DNA of 64,000 nucleotides from Eledone cirrhosa (GCA_964016885.1 OZ024749.1:30070001-30134000); one strand, 5' to 3'. Counted from the stretch's first letter, positions 40,670-55,314 are shown. Notes: a model not told the origin generated them from the sequence alone. A program made the numbers and translations.

Positions 40670-41705
40670 ATAAAATATTAAAGAAATAATGAATAAACAA
40701 TTCCTTATATTAAACAAAAAAAGTTCATTATTTAACGATCGTTTCTAGGGTATATATGTGTTATAATTGGTATGCATATTCAACAGATCTATGTACAAAA
40801 TTATACAAAATTATACAAATTATCAAGATTAAATATACATACCTAACACATATATACGCCGTCTTCAGAAATAATGAAGTATATTTATTGATAATAACAA
40901 CAATTCAAAATATCAGTTCAAAATTGACCAATGAAAACACAAAGGGTTAAAAGCAGTTCGGTGTGTGTATATACATGTAAAATCCTTACACATATATTAC
41001 AATAATGTGTGTATAATTTGTATGCGCATACTAAAAAGATGGATGCAAACACAAAATTTCAAGGTTAATATCTCTGTAAGCTTAATGCGCTGATAAGATG
41101 CACATTGATACTTATGGAGTCAAGCATATAAATATATTTTTTCATACTCACACATATCAGTATAATCACACATACATGCGCGTATATGCATAAATATACA
41201 CATAACCACGAACATACAAACACACACACTCCCCCACTCACATTTATATATGTGGATATAAAATCATAAGCACATAGAAATTAAGTCACTCACATAAAAC
41301 ACTGGCACACACATTTCAAGATCAAGATACAGAAATTAGGTGGGAGGGGGGGAGGGGTCAGTATTCAATTGTCTGAGCAGACTGCCTAATATAAATGTAT
41401 CTATAAATTAAGAAAAATAAAAAAAATAAAAAAATAAAAACAATAAAATATAATAAATATAATATAATGTACATACACATCCAGATATATATACACATAC
41501 ATACATGTACGCGCACATAGAGATATTTACGCATACACACATACACACATACATATACAGTCATACACACACATACACTTACACGAACATACACATACAC
41601 ATATAAAAAGATATATATATACACACTCACACGCGCAACACATACACACATACACATATATATAAAAAATAGATAATAAAGATATATATCCATACATATA
41701 TATAT

Positions 41706-41758
<53 letters not shown>

Positions 41759-41847
41759 TATACATATACATACACATACATCTAAATATACATACACATA
41801 CATACACACCTACATGTACATACATGTACATACATATACGCACATCG

Positions 41848-41891
<44 letters not shown>

Positions 41892-42214
41892 TCACATAGA
41901 CATAAAGATACATACACACACAACTTACATACACACGTATATATATATATATATAGATGTACCTTCATACATAGAATTAGATATATAATCATACATACAT
42001 ATGCACCTACTTATACTCATATAAATAAATACATACGCTTCCATATATGTGTATATACAAAAAACAATACAACCTCACCAAACTCAGACCTACAAATGAA
42101 AATAATAATAATAAAAAGGCATATGTATATACATACACACACGCATTAATAGAGATATATATATATATACACACATACATACACATATATATATACATAC
42201 ACACACACATACAT

Positions 42215-42275
<61 letters not shown>

Positions 42276-42279
42276 TAGA

Positions 42280-42318
<39 letters not shown>

Positions 42319-42408
42319 ATATATATCCACACACTCATACCACCATAAATACACATACAAACACCCACATGTATATATATATATATATCTACATACACAC
42401 ACGTATAC

Positions 42409-42443
<35 letters not shown>

Positions 42444-42758
42444 CACACACATAAAAAACAGACATGCACATATATATATATATATATATATTTCATTACT
42501 CATATATATACACATATTATATATACATACACAACCTCACTTATACACATATACACATAAGTTATATTACAATAATAATAAAGAATAATATACATATATA
42601 TATATATACATATACATATATATACATATATATATATACATACATACATACACATACATACATACACATAAATATATACATACATAAATACACACATACG
42701 AATAAAGACATATATTCACACATAGACACCTATATATATATATATATATATATATATC

Positions 42759-42796
<38 letters not shown>

Positions 42797-43948
42797 CACA
42801 TACACACACACACACACACACAGACACACATACACACTCACATATATATATATATATGTGTATGTGAGTGTGCGCACATACACATACATACATACACACA
42901 TACAAACACACACAAACACATACATATGCATACGTGCACACACACACACATATATCACATAGATACGAAGATAAACATATAAATAGAGAGACATACATAT
43001 ATATACACAACACATATACACATACATACATACACGCATATACATATACATACATATATACACATATATATATTTTTCCTATATATACAAGCATACACAT
43101 ACATACACATATATACACATATATACACATATACATACAACACATTCACATACACATACATATATAATACATATATATACATATATATACACATACATAT
43201 GTATGTACAATCATATATACTCACACAATCTTACATTCATATTTGCATGCTCATATATGTATTTTTATATTTAGATATAAATACCCAAACCTATATAGAC
43301 ACCTACCTACATATATATTCATACATAGACGCTTACAAATACAGATGATAATAGTATGGGGGAAAGGGGGGGTTTGGAGAAGGGGATCAAGTAAATATAT
43401 GTTTCAAGAAACATATAATATTTTCCGTATCTTAATTCAATGTATGTTCTTACATATTTTCAGTGCTAGGAAATACGAAATCTATGCATCTCAAAATAAA
43501 TAAGTATACCATTAATCATATGTTAACTAAACCAAAGATAGTCAACATATTGATTTCTAAGGTGTAAATTAGTTAGGTTTATAATATTTGAAGCAGAATT
43601 TTGAAGTCAAACAGTAGTAGATTATTAATTACATTATAACTAAATAAAAGTTAATAACGTTATGGTATCAATATTAGGAGATGAATTTAGTAATAGGGAA
43701 AAGAAACCCAAATAAGAATAAAATAAAGTATTACATCGGTAGTAGCATATAAATTATATGTTAACTAAATTAAAAATTATATATTCATTTCAATAGTATA
43801 CGTTAATTAGTATATGTTAATTAGGTACACAATACATAAAGCAGATATTGTATTTCATCAATAGCATAATATAATTATATGCAAATAGAAATCAAAATTA
43901 ATACGCATACATATACATATACATACACATACACATATACATACATAT

Positions 43949-43989
<41 letters not shown>

Positions 43990-44917
43990 CATACATATAT
44001 ACACACATATACATACATACAGATACACATACACAACACACACATATACATATACATATACATATACATATCTTTTTCAAAAAATTGCACAGAATATATT
44101 AACTAGGTATATATCCAAAACACATCCCATTCTATGATTACATGACATTCTGCAATTCGTCTGTATAAGGATACTAATTTTAAGCAAATTAAAATTAAAG
44201 TTATAGGTTGATTAAAACTAAAACCAAATAATAAATATATTTCCAAAATGTATATTAATTAGGTCTATAATACTAAAAATTCTTTCTCCGTCATTGGATA
44301 CATGATATTATTTTGTTATATTTTATCTGTAAAAGAATTATAATAAAAGGTTTAAATAAATTAAAATTAATCTATAAATTAAATTACTAAGTATATATTA
44401 GTAATATTTAAAGGTTTTTCACAATTTATGATTACATATTATTTTCTCATCTGTAATAAATGCTTGACTCCATAAGTATCAATGTGCATCTTATCAGCGC
44501 ATTAAGCTTACAGAGATATTAACCTTGAAATTTTGTGTTTGCATCCATCTTTTTAGTATGCGCATACAAATTATACACACATTATTGTAATATATGTGTA
44601 AGGATTTTACATGTATATACACACACCGAACTGCTTTTAACCCTTTGTGTTTTCATTGGTCAATTTTGAACTGATATTTTGAATTGTTGTTATTATCAAT
44701 AAATATACTTCATTATTTCTGAAGACGGCGTATATATGTGTTAGGTATGTATATTTAATCTTGATAATTTGTATAAGTTTGTATAATTTTGTACATAGAT
44801 CTGTTGAATATGCATACCAATTATAACACATATATACCCTAGAAACGATCGTTAAATAATGAACTTTTTTTGTTTAATATAAGGAATTGTTTATTCATTA
44901 TTTCTTTAATATTTTAT
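40670..44917. mobile_element. Inverted repeats of about 455 bp (40670-41125 and 44460-44917) enclosing a 3.3-kb microsatellite-rich non-coding interior; non-autonomous PLE-like
   Basis: Arms are near-identical (mirror ORFs 40756..40950+ and 44637..44831-). Each contains an HHR, and a one-sided tail lies at about 40537-40670. Confidence 0.85.
44709..44863 (+). ncRNA. Type I hammerhead, canonical core, very long stem II (mirror copy at 40724-40878 minus)
   Basis: ttcattattt-CTGAAGA-cggcgtatatatgtgtta...taacacatatatacccta-GAAA-CGATCG-TT-aaataatgaa; perfect 10-bp stem I and palindromic stem III. Confidence 0.82.
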
Positions 44918-45049
44918 ATATATATATATATATTTTAGAAAGTGACGTTTTTTTTACAAAATGAAAAATAACCGAGGTGTCCTACACGAGTGAAAGTATA
45001 AAGAAAAAGAGAGATGTGAGAAAAACCACAGACCCTCCATCTCAACTCA

Positions 45050-45087
45050 CCTTTTGAAAAGCAGAAAAACTGCGAAACCGGTAAAGG
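45050..45087 (+). ncRNA. 38-nt minimal hammerhead, U3-A8 core variant (second copy at 54815-54852 minus)
   Basis: cctt-TTGAAAA-gcag(aaaaa)ctgc-GAAA-CCGG-TA-aagg, all stems perfect. Lies in a dispersed element of about 215 bp (44945-45160 and 54747-54990) that ends at (TA)n. Confidence 0.8.
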
Positions 45088-45156
45088 AACCAAATAAATA
45101 TATATATTTAAAAAAAAAATAAGACTCCAGTTGCATTTTCGATTTCATCTCTTTTT

Positions 45157-45218
<62 letters not shown>

Positions 45219-45225
<7 letters not shown>

Positions 45226-45651
45226 GTTAAATAAAAGTCAAATGATTAAAATTTAGCTTCGTTTATTACTGCTATAAATATTTTAGTGACAGCCATCTTT
45301 GGCTGTGACCTCTTCAGGCAGTTTGAATTAGTATGGTATAGACAAGTACATATGTTGTTTAGGTGTATAATATACAAGGAACTGGGCATATCAGAGTATT
45401 GACAATATTATACACCTAAACAACATATGTACTTGTCTATACCATACTAATTCAAACAGCCTGAAGAGGTCACAGCCAAAGATGGCTGTCACTGAAATAT
45501 ATATAGCAGTAATAAACGAAGCTAAATTTTAATCATTTGACTTTTATTTAACATTATTTTACACTACTCCGGAGGAACCAAACCAAACTGCGCACTTCGT
45601 CGAGTGTCCAGCCTGCATACTGAGGTGTTGGTATACAACCAACATAAACTC

Positions 45652-45655
<4 letters not shown>
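45219..45655. mobile_element. Palindrome (arms about 155 bp, spacer about 30 bp) with a tail and a minimal HHR
   Basis: Plus arm 45456-45510: acagc-CTGAAGA-ggtcacagcca(aaga)tggctgtcact-GAAA-TATATA-TA-gcagt. The left arm has actgc, which restores stem I. Confidence 0.83.
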
Positions 45656-45698
<43 letters not shown>

Positions 45699-46644
45699 AT
45701 ATATATATATATATATATATAATATATCCGTGTATTTAGACGGACGTGAGAAAAAGTACTCAATACTTAACTATATATAATTTATATAAATGGAGGTTTG
45801 AATAAAGAAAACAGTATTGTCGATTTAGACAGCGTTATATTCACCTTTCGTTAGTAAATTCTAATTGAGACATTTAATATGTCCTGCAGCTAATCATGAA
45901 ACTATCCTCTTCGTGGCATGAAGATAACTTGTGTTCCTCTGATCTTATCTTAATTTTCAAGCTGTGTTTCATACTTCTACTGTGGCCTCCTTCTGTTTAA
46001 TCTCATAAACTTTATCGACTCTTTCATCATACCTTACCTAACTATAGACAACATTCCAAGCTGTTCTTAAAAAAGTTCCACGAAATATTTGTATTTTCCT
46101 TATCTTAATGGTTTCAGTCATTTCACTGCAGCCATGCTGAGGTATCATCTTGATCTTGTCGATCATATTGACCCCCAGCACTTTATTTTATTTTGTTTTT
46201 ATTTTATCTTATTTCAAGCAAGGTATTTATTTTAACGATGTCTTTTTTGTTGATTTGTCGAACAGCAAAAATTTCGGGACATAATAGGAGAAACAAGCGT
46301 AAACATAGATAGTGGCACACACATACATATATAGCGTCTGTCTGTCCATGTTTCTATCTATTTGTTTGTCTGTCTATCTATGTTTCTATATATCTGTTTG
46401 TCTATCTATATTTCTAAATATCTGTTTGTCTATCTATGTTTCCATCTATCCAAACAATTAGTTTGGATCAAGCTGTTGAAACGGTCGGAGCTCAGCTGTT
46501 GTGGTCCATAATATTTCATATTACCCACTCTACTAGCTTAAATATCGAGTACTCTGGTGAGTAATGGTCTAACTGGTTTTTACCACCTCCATTCTGATAT
46601 ATATATATATGTATATATATATAAATATATATGTTGCCAGGGAA

Positions 46645-46915
46645 CATCTTCACGAACCAAACCAAAGTATCGTCTTCCTGTTTTCCTTCCTTCGGTTGCA
46701 ACGTTTTTCGAAATATTTACTTCTGCGTACACAGATTGGCTCTTTTTAGTTTCAGAGGATCCATTTAAGGATGAAAGCAGCGATTCTTTGCTTAAACTTT
46801 AATCTGTTACTTTAATATATATTTGCTCTATGGTTTTATATACTTGATATATATATTTATACTTATCGAGACCTCTTCAGATTTTAGTCTTCACATTTAT
46901 TATTATTACTATTTA
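46645..46915 (+). mobile_element. Diverged solo copy of the CAGANGA HHR-like family
   Basis: agttt-CAGAGGA-tccatttaaggat-GAAA-gca..tgc-TT-aaact at 46748-46798. Flanks are homologous to 54150-54316 and 36230-36345. Confidence 0.75.
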
Positions 46916-47469
46916 TATATATATCCAAGAGATGTCAACATGAATGAACCAGTCGTTTTTATCTAAAGATATTTTTTCCAATTCCACCCCTCCCGTCCCT
47001 TTAATCTATCTTATTTCTCATTCTTTCTGATGAAGGACTAGCATACAAAACGTTAAAACCCCCTTCCTGATAAGCGTTAACCTAATATATTCCTTCCATA
47101 TTTTGTACTGATTGTGTTGTTTCTTTCTGTTTACCTTTTACATACATATATACATGCGTGTGTGTTTATGTGTGTATGTGTGTGTGTGTATGTGTGTGTA
47201 TGCATGCATATATATATATACATAGCTATACAGCTGATCAGTAGAAGTTACTCTCCGCCTCCCCCCTCACACAGGAATAAAATATCAAAACTATTCCGGC
47301 TTCATTAGATACTAGCAGTATCGAAGAACGAAACTAAATCATGAAATTCGTTTTGTATGCAGTATCGTATGCAGTATCGTACGTATTAAACTTCAACCTC
47401 TACCATATCTGTTGACTGTTTTCAGTTACACCTTCGTTGTTTCATTATAATATTCATTATCTTTTAGAT

Positions 47470-47657
47470 GGGGGATTGGCAGTATCAGTAGAGGGTCGGA
47501 CGCCATGCTTTGAAGCATAGAGTTACCTCCCTGTATGATCTGAGTTCAAATTCCGCCGAGGTTAACTTTGCCTTTCATCCTTACGGGGTCGATAAAATAA
47601 AGTACCAGTAATGCACTGGGTAATTGCTGGCCTTGTGGCAAAAGTAGAAACAATTAT
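47470..47657 (+). mobile_element. Family A tRNA-derived SINE
   Basis: Full-length copy with A box, B box, central domain and tail. Confidence 0.88.
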
Positions 47658-48852
47658 CTTTTAGGCATTTATATGGTTTGTTTGTATATACATATTTATG
47701 TTTTGTAAATATATTTGAAAGAATCTTCTCAATACATACACACTACAGGACGCTCAATGTAAAACTAAACGAGCAACAGCTTACAAATAAATATTTATAT
47801 AACAGAAACCACACATATTACTGAAACTGTTAAAAATACAAACTTCCTGGTGTGGAAAAGAACAGTTTTACAATTATCAAGATTGTGTTTCAAGACATCA
47901 TGCTGCACGAAGAAAAGGATTTAACAGGAAATTATACAGTATAATATTTACAAGTGTTGATGAAATAAAACTCTCAATGCTATTCACCAACTCAATTTAT
48001 CATATAAAGAAAGATATCTTAGAAAGTCAATTGTAGTCGACAAATGACATTATTTCTTAACTACAGATATTGAAACATACGAAACGATCCATAGATTTGT
48101 TCCGGGTTGGTTTTTCAATGTATCATTTCTATTAGTTCTTTAATGCATGGCAGATTATTTAACTGGCAGTCAGATATTTATTTAAATTTTCTGATAGAAT
48201 TGATTGAAATCTCCCCATGAATAGAAGCTCCCAAGGAACGCTCACGAATATTTAGACATTTTTATTTAGGATTTGATGTCAAATGCAGACAGTTTTACTG
48301 ATTTTATATTGAAAAGAGACAAAATACGACACCAACTATTACTAAAGGGAGAGAACCAAGCATAGTTAATGTGAATTGTCTCTAGAGAGTTTGGAACAGA
48401 AGAATGTTAATTAAACAAAAGTTTGAAAGTGCCAGAGGAAAGTGACAGCAAATGTTGATCTTTTGACACGAAGCTGCGGAGAACAGCAGTAATTTGACTA
48501 GACTTCTTTCAAGATATTTGATAACAGCTACATTAAATAGATCAATACAAGAATTCAACTTATGAAACATTGATTTATTGTGCATCTATTTACAGAGCCA
48601 TTTGTTTAGGTTCTGAAATCTTTACATTATATTTTAATAAATGACTGATAAGTTTATTCTCATCACGCTTGTCGTTTATTACATATCTTACAATGATTTG
48701 TATTGACTACATTACATATGTTTAATATGTTACTCCCTAAAACATTTATATACTCTCTCAATGAGAACATTTACAACATGACATTGATTTTACAATGAAA
48801 TCTATGAAATAAGAGATGGCAAATAAAATTCTTGTGAGATACGGGTGACGAT

Positions 48853-48906
<54 letters not shown>

Positions 48907-49269
48907 GCACACACATATATATAAATATATATATACATATACACACACACATAAATATATATACATATACACAAACATATATATACATATATCATTGAAC
49001 AGGGTGATAAAAGATAGGCAATTTAGATGAATGAAAACTAAAGTAAACATCAGGGAAAAGTATATTGGCTTCTAATTTAGGCACACGGCGAGAAATATGT
49101 AGGACTGGGCGAATTGCCTTATATCATCCCCCAGGACATGACTGGTATGTTATTCTCATTGAAGCAAAATTAACAAATTAGGCTAAGAAGTGCTGGAGTA
49201 AAAAACAGAGACCAATGAATTCCTAATCCTAACTATAACCCTAACCCTAATTGCAACACAAGATCAAAG

Positions 49270-49947
49270 CCTCATAATTAGATGCAACCAAAAGTTCGTT
49301 ATAAGACTGTAACTAGCATATGTGGTGAAGAGGAAGAGAGAATAAACCATATTATCTCCGGTTTACCAATCTTATCCAAAAATAAATACATCCACGGACT
49401 TAATAGTTTTGGTATGTACATACACTCGAAGTTATGCCAACACTACGAAATAGCAACGGGCACGAGGTGATACACACATACACAAGAAAAAGTGTGAGAA
49501 AATGACAAACAAAACAAAAATACTCTGGGATAAGCTAATAGACAGGTAGATCAAAGCCAACCGACCAGATATTATAGACAAAGACTACAAAGAAAAATAA
49601 AATCCTTCCGATTGATGTATCAATCCCTAGAAATGACAGTATATCTACCAAAGAAATGGAGAAACTATCCAAATATAAAGATCCAGAGATAGAAATACCC
49701 TCCGAATGATGAAGATAGAAACAATAACTTTAATAATGGGTGTTCTGAGAATGATAAAGCCCAAAACCCAGGATTTACAAATATATACAGCATACAAAAG
49801 ATAGCTCTACTAAGACATTGCACACATATTACAAAAAGTACTCTCAATACAATAGAAGCAACACTACCAAAAACCACACTGCACATACCCAAGGTACACA
49901 GAGCTGTCCTCAGTAATGCAGTGATAATGTGCAAAATAATAATAATG
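49270..49947 (+). mobile_element. Decayed R4/Dong-like non-LTR retrotransposon 3' fragment
   Basis: CGEEEERINHIISG..., ...IHSKLCQHYEI, RPDII, IDVSIP, KEMEKLSKYKD and IQKIALL appear across frameshifts; ends in (AAT)n. Confidence 0.75.
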
Positions 49948-50195
49948 ATTTCTACTATAGGCACAAGGCCAGCAATTTCGGAGGAGAGGAAAATCGACCC
50001 CGCAAAGATGAAAGACAAAGTTAATCTCGGCGGCATTTGAACTAATAATGGTTTCTTATATAGGAACACGGCTGGCAATTTTGGGACAGGGAAAAGTCGA
50101 TTAAATCGACCCCAGTGCGTGACTGGTACCTTATTTTATCGACTCCGTAAGGATGAAAGGCAAAGTTAACCTCTGCGGGATTTGAACTAATATTA
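49945..50195 (-). mobile_element. Two partial family A SINEs
   Basis: Tails and central domains visible on the reverse strand. Confidence 0.75.
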
Positions 50196-51029
50196 TTTTT
50201 AAAGGAATGTTTCACAATAATTTACCTTAAATCATTAAATTATTCTTCAAATAGCAAGACCACATTTAATAACTGAATTGAAGCGATTCCATTTAAACAA
50301 AATATTTACGTAAAGTTCCATTATATTCTATTAAATGTGCGAAATCATTTATATTCATAGAACTGTCTCTGATTCTTTGACAAATAAATTATAGAACAAA
50401 TAATAATTTCAGGTCCATGATTAAAAAAAATACAAACAGCACTCTATAAAACATTGTCTATAATTCATTTTCGACAAAATAATTTTTGTACAGGAAAATA
50501 GATTTTGAAAATATTTTTGGAAGTAATTTTGTATTGCAAAAACGTGTACAAATTGTGTAAGTTGACGAATTATGCTCCAAGCAAGCAGAGTCTGTAATTT
50601 CTGCTTCAGATATTTTTTCTTGAGCCATTTCACCTCGATTACTCTCCATACCTGAGATTTATAACCATAATTAATGCTTTAACTCTGCCAAAATTATTCA
50701 CGCTTTGAGATTCAACTTTTTTACACCTGATGCAATAATATTGCGGAGGTTGACCAGTATCACCAAGTAAAAAGGTTAATGTTGTTAATATTTTTCTGGA
50801 AGAGCGGTAACAACAATACGGTTTCAATTCTTATTTAAACCTTAACATTCTGTACCACGTAAAACGACATTAGCAAAACAAATCTTAAAACGTACAACTC
50901 AGCATCGTGATTGCATCATTTTAAAAATTGAAGTTAATAATTTACTGTCAATTCTCACAAATATCTGCCCACTAAAAATATATTCCAAAATTTGAATCAA
51001 AAGACCAGTTTTTCGATAAACTGTGTAGC

Positions 51030-51327
51030 GCAGAGATCAGAGAGGCATTCTAGGTAGAGCTGCTACTTCTCCGAATTGAGAGATCACAGTTCGGATACTA
51101 TGGAGATGTGGTTAGAATGTCTCAGGAAAGAATCGCTGGACAGATTTTACGGGCGAAACCAATAGATAAGAAACCTAAGGATGGTCACGCTTGGGGATCC
51201 AACCAGATCAGATGGAGACGGTTGCTTCTAACAGGATGCGCTGGAGGGAGTATTTGAGGACTCTGCCCCCACGACCTTCTCAAGAAGAAGAAGGAGAAGA
51301 AGAAGAAGAAGAAGAAGAAGAAGAAGA
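51030..51327 (+). mobile_element. RTE-like LINE 3' remnant with a (GAA)n tail
   Basis: LLLRIERSQFGYYGDVVRMSQERIAGQIL resembles the RTE C-terminal RxxQLRWxGHVxRM motif. Confidence 0.65.
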
Positions 51328-51689
51328 CCAGTTTTAGGGGATGTTCTGCTAAATCATTACAGGATTTTAAGAGTGAAGACTAGTTTAGTTTAAAGCTATG
51401 TTATTGGAAGGCTATGGCAATACAAAATGGACGGAAAGTTTTTGAATCAAATGAAGACAACGAATATTAGCGTGTCACCTGTTATTTTATTTACATGTTA
51501 TTCGGTGTTTTAAGTTTATTCCGAAATCCATCATCCTATTTTGCATTGTATGTATGTGTGTGTATGTATGTATGTATGTATAAGAATATATGCAAGTGCT
51601 GTACGTATCTATGTGAATATATATATATACATATATATATAAATAAATATATATATATATGTATATATATATAATTTAATATATATGTA

Positions 51690-51736
<47 letters not shown>

Positions 51737-52305
51737 GTAAACACACACACTTATATACATATATATATATATATATATATGTAGATATATATCAATAATA
51801 CAATTTCACCTACAACCAATTACCAATCAAAGCGGCATCATTTTTAAAACTTTGTATTTTATTTTGCTATATCGCAGAGAAGAAAGGGAAAGAAATTCTG
51901 AAGGAAGATTAGACGTGGATATTGTATATCTTGGAGAGGGAAAAATATCGTTACATTTGATATTTACTTTCATAATACCAACTGTAACGTTAGATCTTTA
52001 TGATTTTCTTGCTGAAAGATGGACGAAGCCAGGGAAATTAAATCTGAATTTATCTTTTTATTCATGGTTATTTCTTTATGGATATTTCAGTAACAACAAC
52101 GTTTAGAAAAAATAAATAGATAAAAGATTAGAAAATAAAATAACAAATTCTAAAACCGTTTCATTTTGCCGTTCTGCTATTAATATTCAGATATTATGTA
52201 GAAATATTTCACTGTAAAAAGAGGTAAACCAGATATAACGCAAACTTAACGATTTCTTACATGGACAAAAATAATCAACAACATAAAAAACTAACAATAA
52301 ATAAA

Positions 52306-52863
52306 TATAATTGTTTCTACTTTTTTGGCAGAAGGCCAGCAATTACCAAGTACATTACTGGTACTTTATTTTATCGATCCCGTAAGGATGAAAGGCAAAG
52401 GTAACCCCGGTGGGATTTGAACTGAGACCGTAAAGGGACGTAACTATGCTGGAAAGCATGGCGTCCGACTCTCTACCGATACTGCCAATCCACCAATGAA
52501 AGAAAGAAAGGCCAGACATTTGTGGGTGAGGAAAATTCCATTATATTGACACCAGTATTTGAATGGTATTGTAATCAATCGACTTTACATTCCAATACAA
52601 GAGCGAGAATGAAGTTGTTCATTCTACTGACATGCCTTTCAAAATGAGGCTTGTTTGCATAATTGCAAACGAATCGAAGTGGATTGGCAGTATCGGTAGA
52701 GAGTCGGACGCCATGCTTTCCAGCATAGTTACGTCCCTTTACGGTCTGAGTTCAAATCCCGCCGAGGTCAACTTTGCCTTTCATCCTTACGGGGTCGATA
52801 AAATAAAGTACCAGTAATGTACTGGCTAATTGCTGGCCTTGTGCCTAAAGTAGAAACAATTAT
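52306..52863. mobile_element. Inverted pair of family A SINEs: 52306-52495(-) and 52679-52863(+)
   Basis: Highly similar reverse complements about 185 bp apart. Confidence 0.88.
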
Positions 52864-52949
52864 TAATATTCGAAAAACTCAGATTACATTTATTGTATTC
52901 TGCAATGTAGAGCGAAAACCTTTTTAAAATATAAATATATATATTTGTA

Positions 52950-54316
52950 TATAGTAATAATAATAAAATTGAAGACTAAAATCCAAAGAGGGCTCGATAA
53001 GGAAAATATATATCAAATATATAAGAACCGTAGAGCAAATATTTATTAAAATAACAGATTAAAGTTTAAGCAAAGAATCGCTGCTTTCACCCTTAACGGG
53101 ATCTTCTGAAACTAACAAAGTCAATCTGTGAACGCAGAACTGGATATTTCCAAAAACGTTGCAACCGGAGGAAGACAGGAAGACGATACTTTGGTTCGTG
53201 GTAACGTTCGCTGGCAAAGAACGGGAAAAAACGAATAATACGTCATTAATAGGAGCGGTGAAAAACAATTACCCTAACGGATAGCACGATCTATACGTGG
53301 ATATTTTACGTCTTGATGTGGGAGCTAAGTATATGTTTTGTTTATTCCTTTACCTATTTGCATACTTATTTGCATACTTATTTGCATAGGTAAGTATACA
53401 TTACCCGTATGTTTTGTGAAGGTATGTATACCTTCTCGTACGTATATTTGACTGTTATAGCGTATCATTTTTACATATTCTGGTATTTAGGGTTTGGCTA
53501 TGTGTATACGGGAGTTTTACGTCCGCGTGAGTGTGCAGGTTCGTACGTATGGTGGGTGTGTGTATATGTGTACTTCTTGTTTTACTTGACTTACGTTTCC
53601 GAACATTCGTGTATTTATATGTAGGTATGCGTGTGCGCTTGTTATATACGTATTTATTTACTTATATACGTTTATATAATTATTTATTTATTTATTTGTA
53701 CACAAGCATACACACACACACACATATTTATATGTGCGTGGTTTGTATACCCATGGTAAGGTTTTGCGTATGCTTGTGTATGTACGTATCTGTTTGCGTG
53801 TATGTATTTATTTGTTTCTATTACTTCTGTATTGTATTTATTTACTTTGTTCTTAACTCTGTAGCGGAGATTCATTTGGTCTCCTAGTTAGAATTTTAGT
53901 CTACGATTTCTGCTATACCATTTACGTGGTTTTGTCTTTGCGTGCTATTGTTCTCCATGCTCCACATATGACTTATTATCTTCGTTTTTTCGTTCATTGC
54001 CAGAGAACGTCTCTATGCACCACCTAAGAGAACATTAGTCTACGACCTCTTTTATACCATAAACGTGGTTTTGTCTTTGCGCGTAATTGTTTTTCACCGC
54101 TCCTATTAATGACGTATTATTCGTTTTTTCCCGTTCTTTGCCAGCAAACGTTACCACGAACCAAAGTATCGTCTTCCTGTCTTCCTCCGGTTGCAACGTT
54201 TTTTGAAATATCCAGTTCTGCGTTTACAGATTGACTTTGTTAGTTTCAGAAGATCCCGTTAAGGGTGAAAGCAGCGATTCTTTGCTTAAACTTTAATCTG
54301 TTATTTTAATAAATAT
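52950..54316. mobile_element. Inverted-repeat element of the CAGAAGA HHR-like family (arms about 53037-53251 and 54083-54316)
   Basis: HHR-like motifs at 53063-53113(-) and 54242-54292(+). Tail at 52950-53037; the interior 53370-53700 is homologous to 13565-13895. Confidence 0.85.
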
Positions 54317-54546
54317 ATATTTGTATATATATATATACAAATATAAATATATTTATATATATATATACATATATATATCACAGAAAAAAGAGAATCAGTG
54401 TTGCGACGAATGGAATTTATTGGACATATTACAATCGTTTCTCTGGCGACCAGTTGGAGGCACGATCGATGTGATGATCGAACCTGACTCTGAAAATCGC
54501 AAGGTCCTCAGATACGTCTTGATTCTACGAAGCAGATTTTCCTACC

Positions 54547-54594
<48 letters not shown>

Positions 54595-54612
54595 AAAATA
54601 TATATATATATA

Positions 54613-54665
<53 letters not shown>

Positions 54666-54683
54666 AAAATATATATATATATA

Positions 54684-54751
<68 letters not shown>

Positions 54752-54999
54752 GAGATGAAATCGAAAATGCAACTGGAGTCTTATTTAAAAAAAAAATATA
54801 TATATTTATTTGGTTCCTTTACCGGTTTCGCAGTTCTTCTGCTTTTCAAAAGTAGAGTTGAGATGGAGGGTCTGTGGTTTTTCTCACATCTGGTTCTCCA
54901 TCTCAACTCTACTTTTTTTTGATTTCATCTCTTTTTCTTTATACTTTCACTCGTGTAGGACACCTCGGTTATTTTTCAATTTGTAAAAAAACCCTCACT

Positions 55000-55096
<97 letters not shown>

Positions 55097-55314
55097 ATAT
55101 ATATAAAATATATAAATATATATATATATATATATAATATATATTTATATATATATATATATGAAATATATAAATATATAATAAATATATATATATGTAT
55201 ACCTATACACACACTCACATGCATATATATATATCTATCTATCTAAGGCGGGTAAAATTCCCGAGATCCATGGACGAGTTCGCTCCAGCGGTCTCTGTCC
55301 CTCATTATCGCTTC

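Noticed and set aside
41358-44106. Cluster of overlapping ORFs
   Set aside because: Microsatellite artefacts inside an inverted-repeat element.
47025-47060. Possible minimal hammerhead (ctgatgaaggactagcatacaaaacgtta)
   Set aside because: The GAAA and stem II are broken. It is probably a decayed relic but cannot be supported as a fold.
47700-48800. Possible decayed DNA-transposase sequence (also 50420-50830)
   Set aside because: It has a coding-like texture, but I could not identify a motif with confidence; a translated search is needed.
49221-49250. Telomere-like (CCCTAA)n
   Set aside because: Only about two exact units in a degenerate run, too short to call an interstitial telomere.
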